This document shows, piece by piece, positions 62,045 through 64,000 of a stretch of 64,000 nt of DNA. A program made the translations under genes and the position numbers. The number at the start of each line of letters is the position of its first letter. The first letter of the stretch is position 1. The notes under the pieces are model-generated. The model was not told where the DNA came from and ran no database searches. It worked only from the letters and a program-made list of their open reading frames with translations. The stretch lies in the NCBI GenBank assembly GCA_945879015.1, contig CAMCUO010000009.1, forward strand, positions 6,444 through 70,443. The letters are read 5' to 3'. Origin of the DNA: Chitinophaga pinensis (GTDB lineage Bacteria; Bacteroidota; Bacteroidia; 2-12-FULL-35-15).

Positions 62045-64000
62045 AAATTTCAAAGCAAAACGCAGGGAAAGAAAAAGAGCTTTTTTTTCGAAGAAATACT
62101 AAAAGTATTGTCTGCCAACCGAAATAAATCGCTCAATTACAAGCAGATAGCTGCCGAATTAAAGATTACCGATTTTGCTCAAAGGCAATTAATCAACGTT
62201 ATTTTAGAGGAATTAAAGAACAGTGGATCTGTAATAGAGCACGAAAGAGGGAAATTTAAAATAAAAAGCGTTGAAATGTATATAACAGGCAAGGTGGATA
62301 TGACTTCCACTGGTAGCGCTTATATTATATCTGAAGAAACCGAAAAAGATGTAGTAGTTGCCCCTAAAAAAACGCTCAATGCAATGCATGGCGACATTGT
62401 TAAAGTGCGTGTATTTCCTCAAGGAAAAGGAAAGCAAGAAGGTGAAATTGTGGAGGTAATTGAGCGCAATAAGACCGAATTTGTAGGAACGATACAGGTT
62501 TCACCAAAATTTGCCTTTTTAGTTCCTAGTAATATTAAAATGCATGTAGACATCTATATTCCTATAGAAAAACTAAATGGGGCAAAAGATGGACAAAAAG
62601 CCATTGCTAGAATTGTAGAATGGCCTAAAAACGGGGTAAATCCAATCGGAGAAATCAAAACGGTTTTGGGTGATGTAGGCGAAAATAACACCGAAATGCA
62701 TGCAATTTTAGCAGAATATGGTTTGCCTTATGAATTTCCGAAAGATGTAGAACGAGCAGCCGACCTTATTCCTATAAAGATTACAGAAGAAGAGATTTCG
62801 AAAAGAAGAGATTTTAGAAAAATAACCACTTTTACTATCGATCCTGTTGATGCAAAAGATTTTGATGATGCTCTTTCTATCCAAAAATTAATAAACGGAA
62901 ACTGGGAAATTGGCGTCCACATTGCTGATGTGAGCCATTATGTAAAACCCGATTCGATGATTGACAAAGAGGCAATTTCTCGTGCTACCTCTGTTTACCT
63001 TGTAGACAGGGTTGTTCCAATGCTTCCAGAAGTTTTATCAAACAATGTTTGCTCTCTTCGTCCAAATGAAGAAAAATTGTGCTTCTCTTCTGTGTTTGAA
63101 ATGACGGACGATGCAGAGGTAGTTGCTGAATGGTTTGGAAGAACAATTATTAATTCCGACAGAAGATTTACTTATGAAGAAGCACAATTAGTAATAGAAA
63201 CAGAAGAAGGTGATTTTAAAGAAGAAATTTTAACGATGGATCGTCTTGCAAAAACGTTGCGCTCTAATCGTTTTAAAAAAGGAAGTATTGCTTTTGAAAA
63301 AATGGAAGTGAAATTTCATTTGGATGAAGTTGGAAATCCTACGGGAGTATTTTTTAAAGTGGCAAAAGATTCCAATCAATTGATTGAAGATTTTATGCTT
63401 TTAGCAAATAGAAAAGTAGCGGAATTTGTTGGGAAAAAGAAGCAAGACATAAGACACAAGACACAAGACCAAAAGGAAAGTAGCAAAGAAAGTCAACGAC
63501 CATTTGTATATCGTATTCACGACAAACCGAATCCAGATAAGTTGGCAAACTTTTCAGAATTTGTGGCGAAGTTTGGTTATAAATTAAATGTAAAAAACAT
63601 TAACACTGTTGCGGATTCATTGAATAATTTATTGAAAGAAGTCAATCAGAAAAAAGAATCGGGGATGATTGAAATGTTGGCTATTCGTACGATGGCGAAG
63701 GCGGTTTACACCACAAAAAACATTGGTCACTACGGATTAGGATTTGATTATTACACACATTTTACTTCCCCAATCAGAAGATATCCTGATGTAATGGTGC
63801 ATCGGTTATTACAACATTATTTAGATGGAGGAAAAAATCCTGACATCGATAAATTAGAAGAACAATGCAAGCACTCCTCCGACATGGAGAAACTAGCAGC
63901 TGATGCGGAGCGCTCTTCTATCAAATACAAACAAGTACAATATTTAACGGATAAAATCGGACAAGAGTTTGATGGTGTGATTTCGGGTGTTACGGAGTGG
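62045..64000 (+). CDS. rnr: Ribonuclease R (RNB family 3'-5' exoribonuclease), 5' part; continues past window end
   Basis: Own translation from the ATG at 62045: MAKKFQSKTQGKKKSFFFEEILKVL..., cold-shock-like region (GKVDMTSTGSAYIIS), RNB motifs (TFTIDPVDAKDFDDALS, VYLVDRVVPMLPE, HYGLGFDYYTHFTSPIRRYPD). The frame is open to 64000. It is absent from the ORF track because it is truncated. Confidence 0.9.
63444..63471 (+). repeat. Four tandem heptamers AAGACAT AAGACAC AAGACAC AAGACCA inside the rnr coding sequence
   Basis: Read directly. They encode part of the K/Q/D-rich segment KKKQDIRHKTQDQKESSKESQR, between LANRKVAEFVG and PFVYRIHD. Confidence 0.85.

Noticed and set aside
1-64000. Prophage, transposon, integron or known defence island (RM, CRISPR-Cas, TA, Abi and similar)
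   Set aside because: No integrase, transposase, recombinase, phage structural gene, methyltransferase/restriction pair or cas gene could be recognised in any frame. The only nuclease genes are a secreted EndoG-family enzyme, PIN-PhoH and RNase R.

Overview
AT-rich Bacteroidota-type chromosomal segment, identified by T9SS C-terminal sorting domains, an ExbB-ExbD-ExbD-TonB-PstS-like-TPR cluster, a short NuoG and crtZ/crtD-like genes. Most of it is housekeeping. It holds a complete 14-gene nuoA-N operon (minus strand, 28663-43171), a Ton energising cluster, kup, a Tat-signal Fe/Mn SOD, a stand-alone BCCP-like protein and a PfkB kinase. It also has tRNA-Asn, gltP-dedA-dedA, a PIN-PhoH ATPase, a sixA/ppk1/ppx polyphosphate module, an ECF sigma pair and the 5' two-thirds of RNase R. 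Accessory content includes a 2604-aa T9SS repeat adhesin. It also includes a compact lipid-tailoring cluster: sulfotransferase, acyl-AMP ligase, ACP, HxxxD acyltransferase, FAD oxidoreductase and an ABC-2 exporter, next to carotenoid genes. I found no CRISPR array, rRNA, transposase, integrase or recognisable defence system. The most unusual signals are structural. (1) Two genes of the four-helix-bundle / 23S-rRNA-intervening-sequence protein family, one intact and one frameshifted, sit inside nuo intergenic spacers. Each is bracketed by a bipartite inverted repeat built from doubled heptamers, which predicts a long-range RNA stem like an rRNA IVS. (2) Almost every nuo spacer, and many other spacers, carry short dispersed hairpin or word-doublet repeats; one heptamer run lies inside the RNase R coding sequence. 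(3) tRNA-Asn is preceded by two decayed tRNA-Asn-like copies whose anticodon arm is replaced by a GC hairpin. (4) An ECF sigma factor is paired with an anti-sigma-like membrane protein that ends in a T9SS type B sorting domain. All calls rest on reading the sequence and the supplied ORF track. No database search was run.
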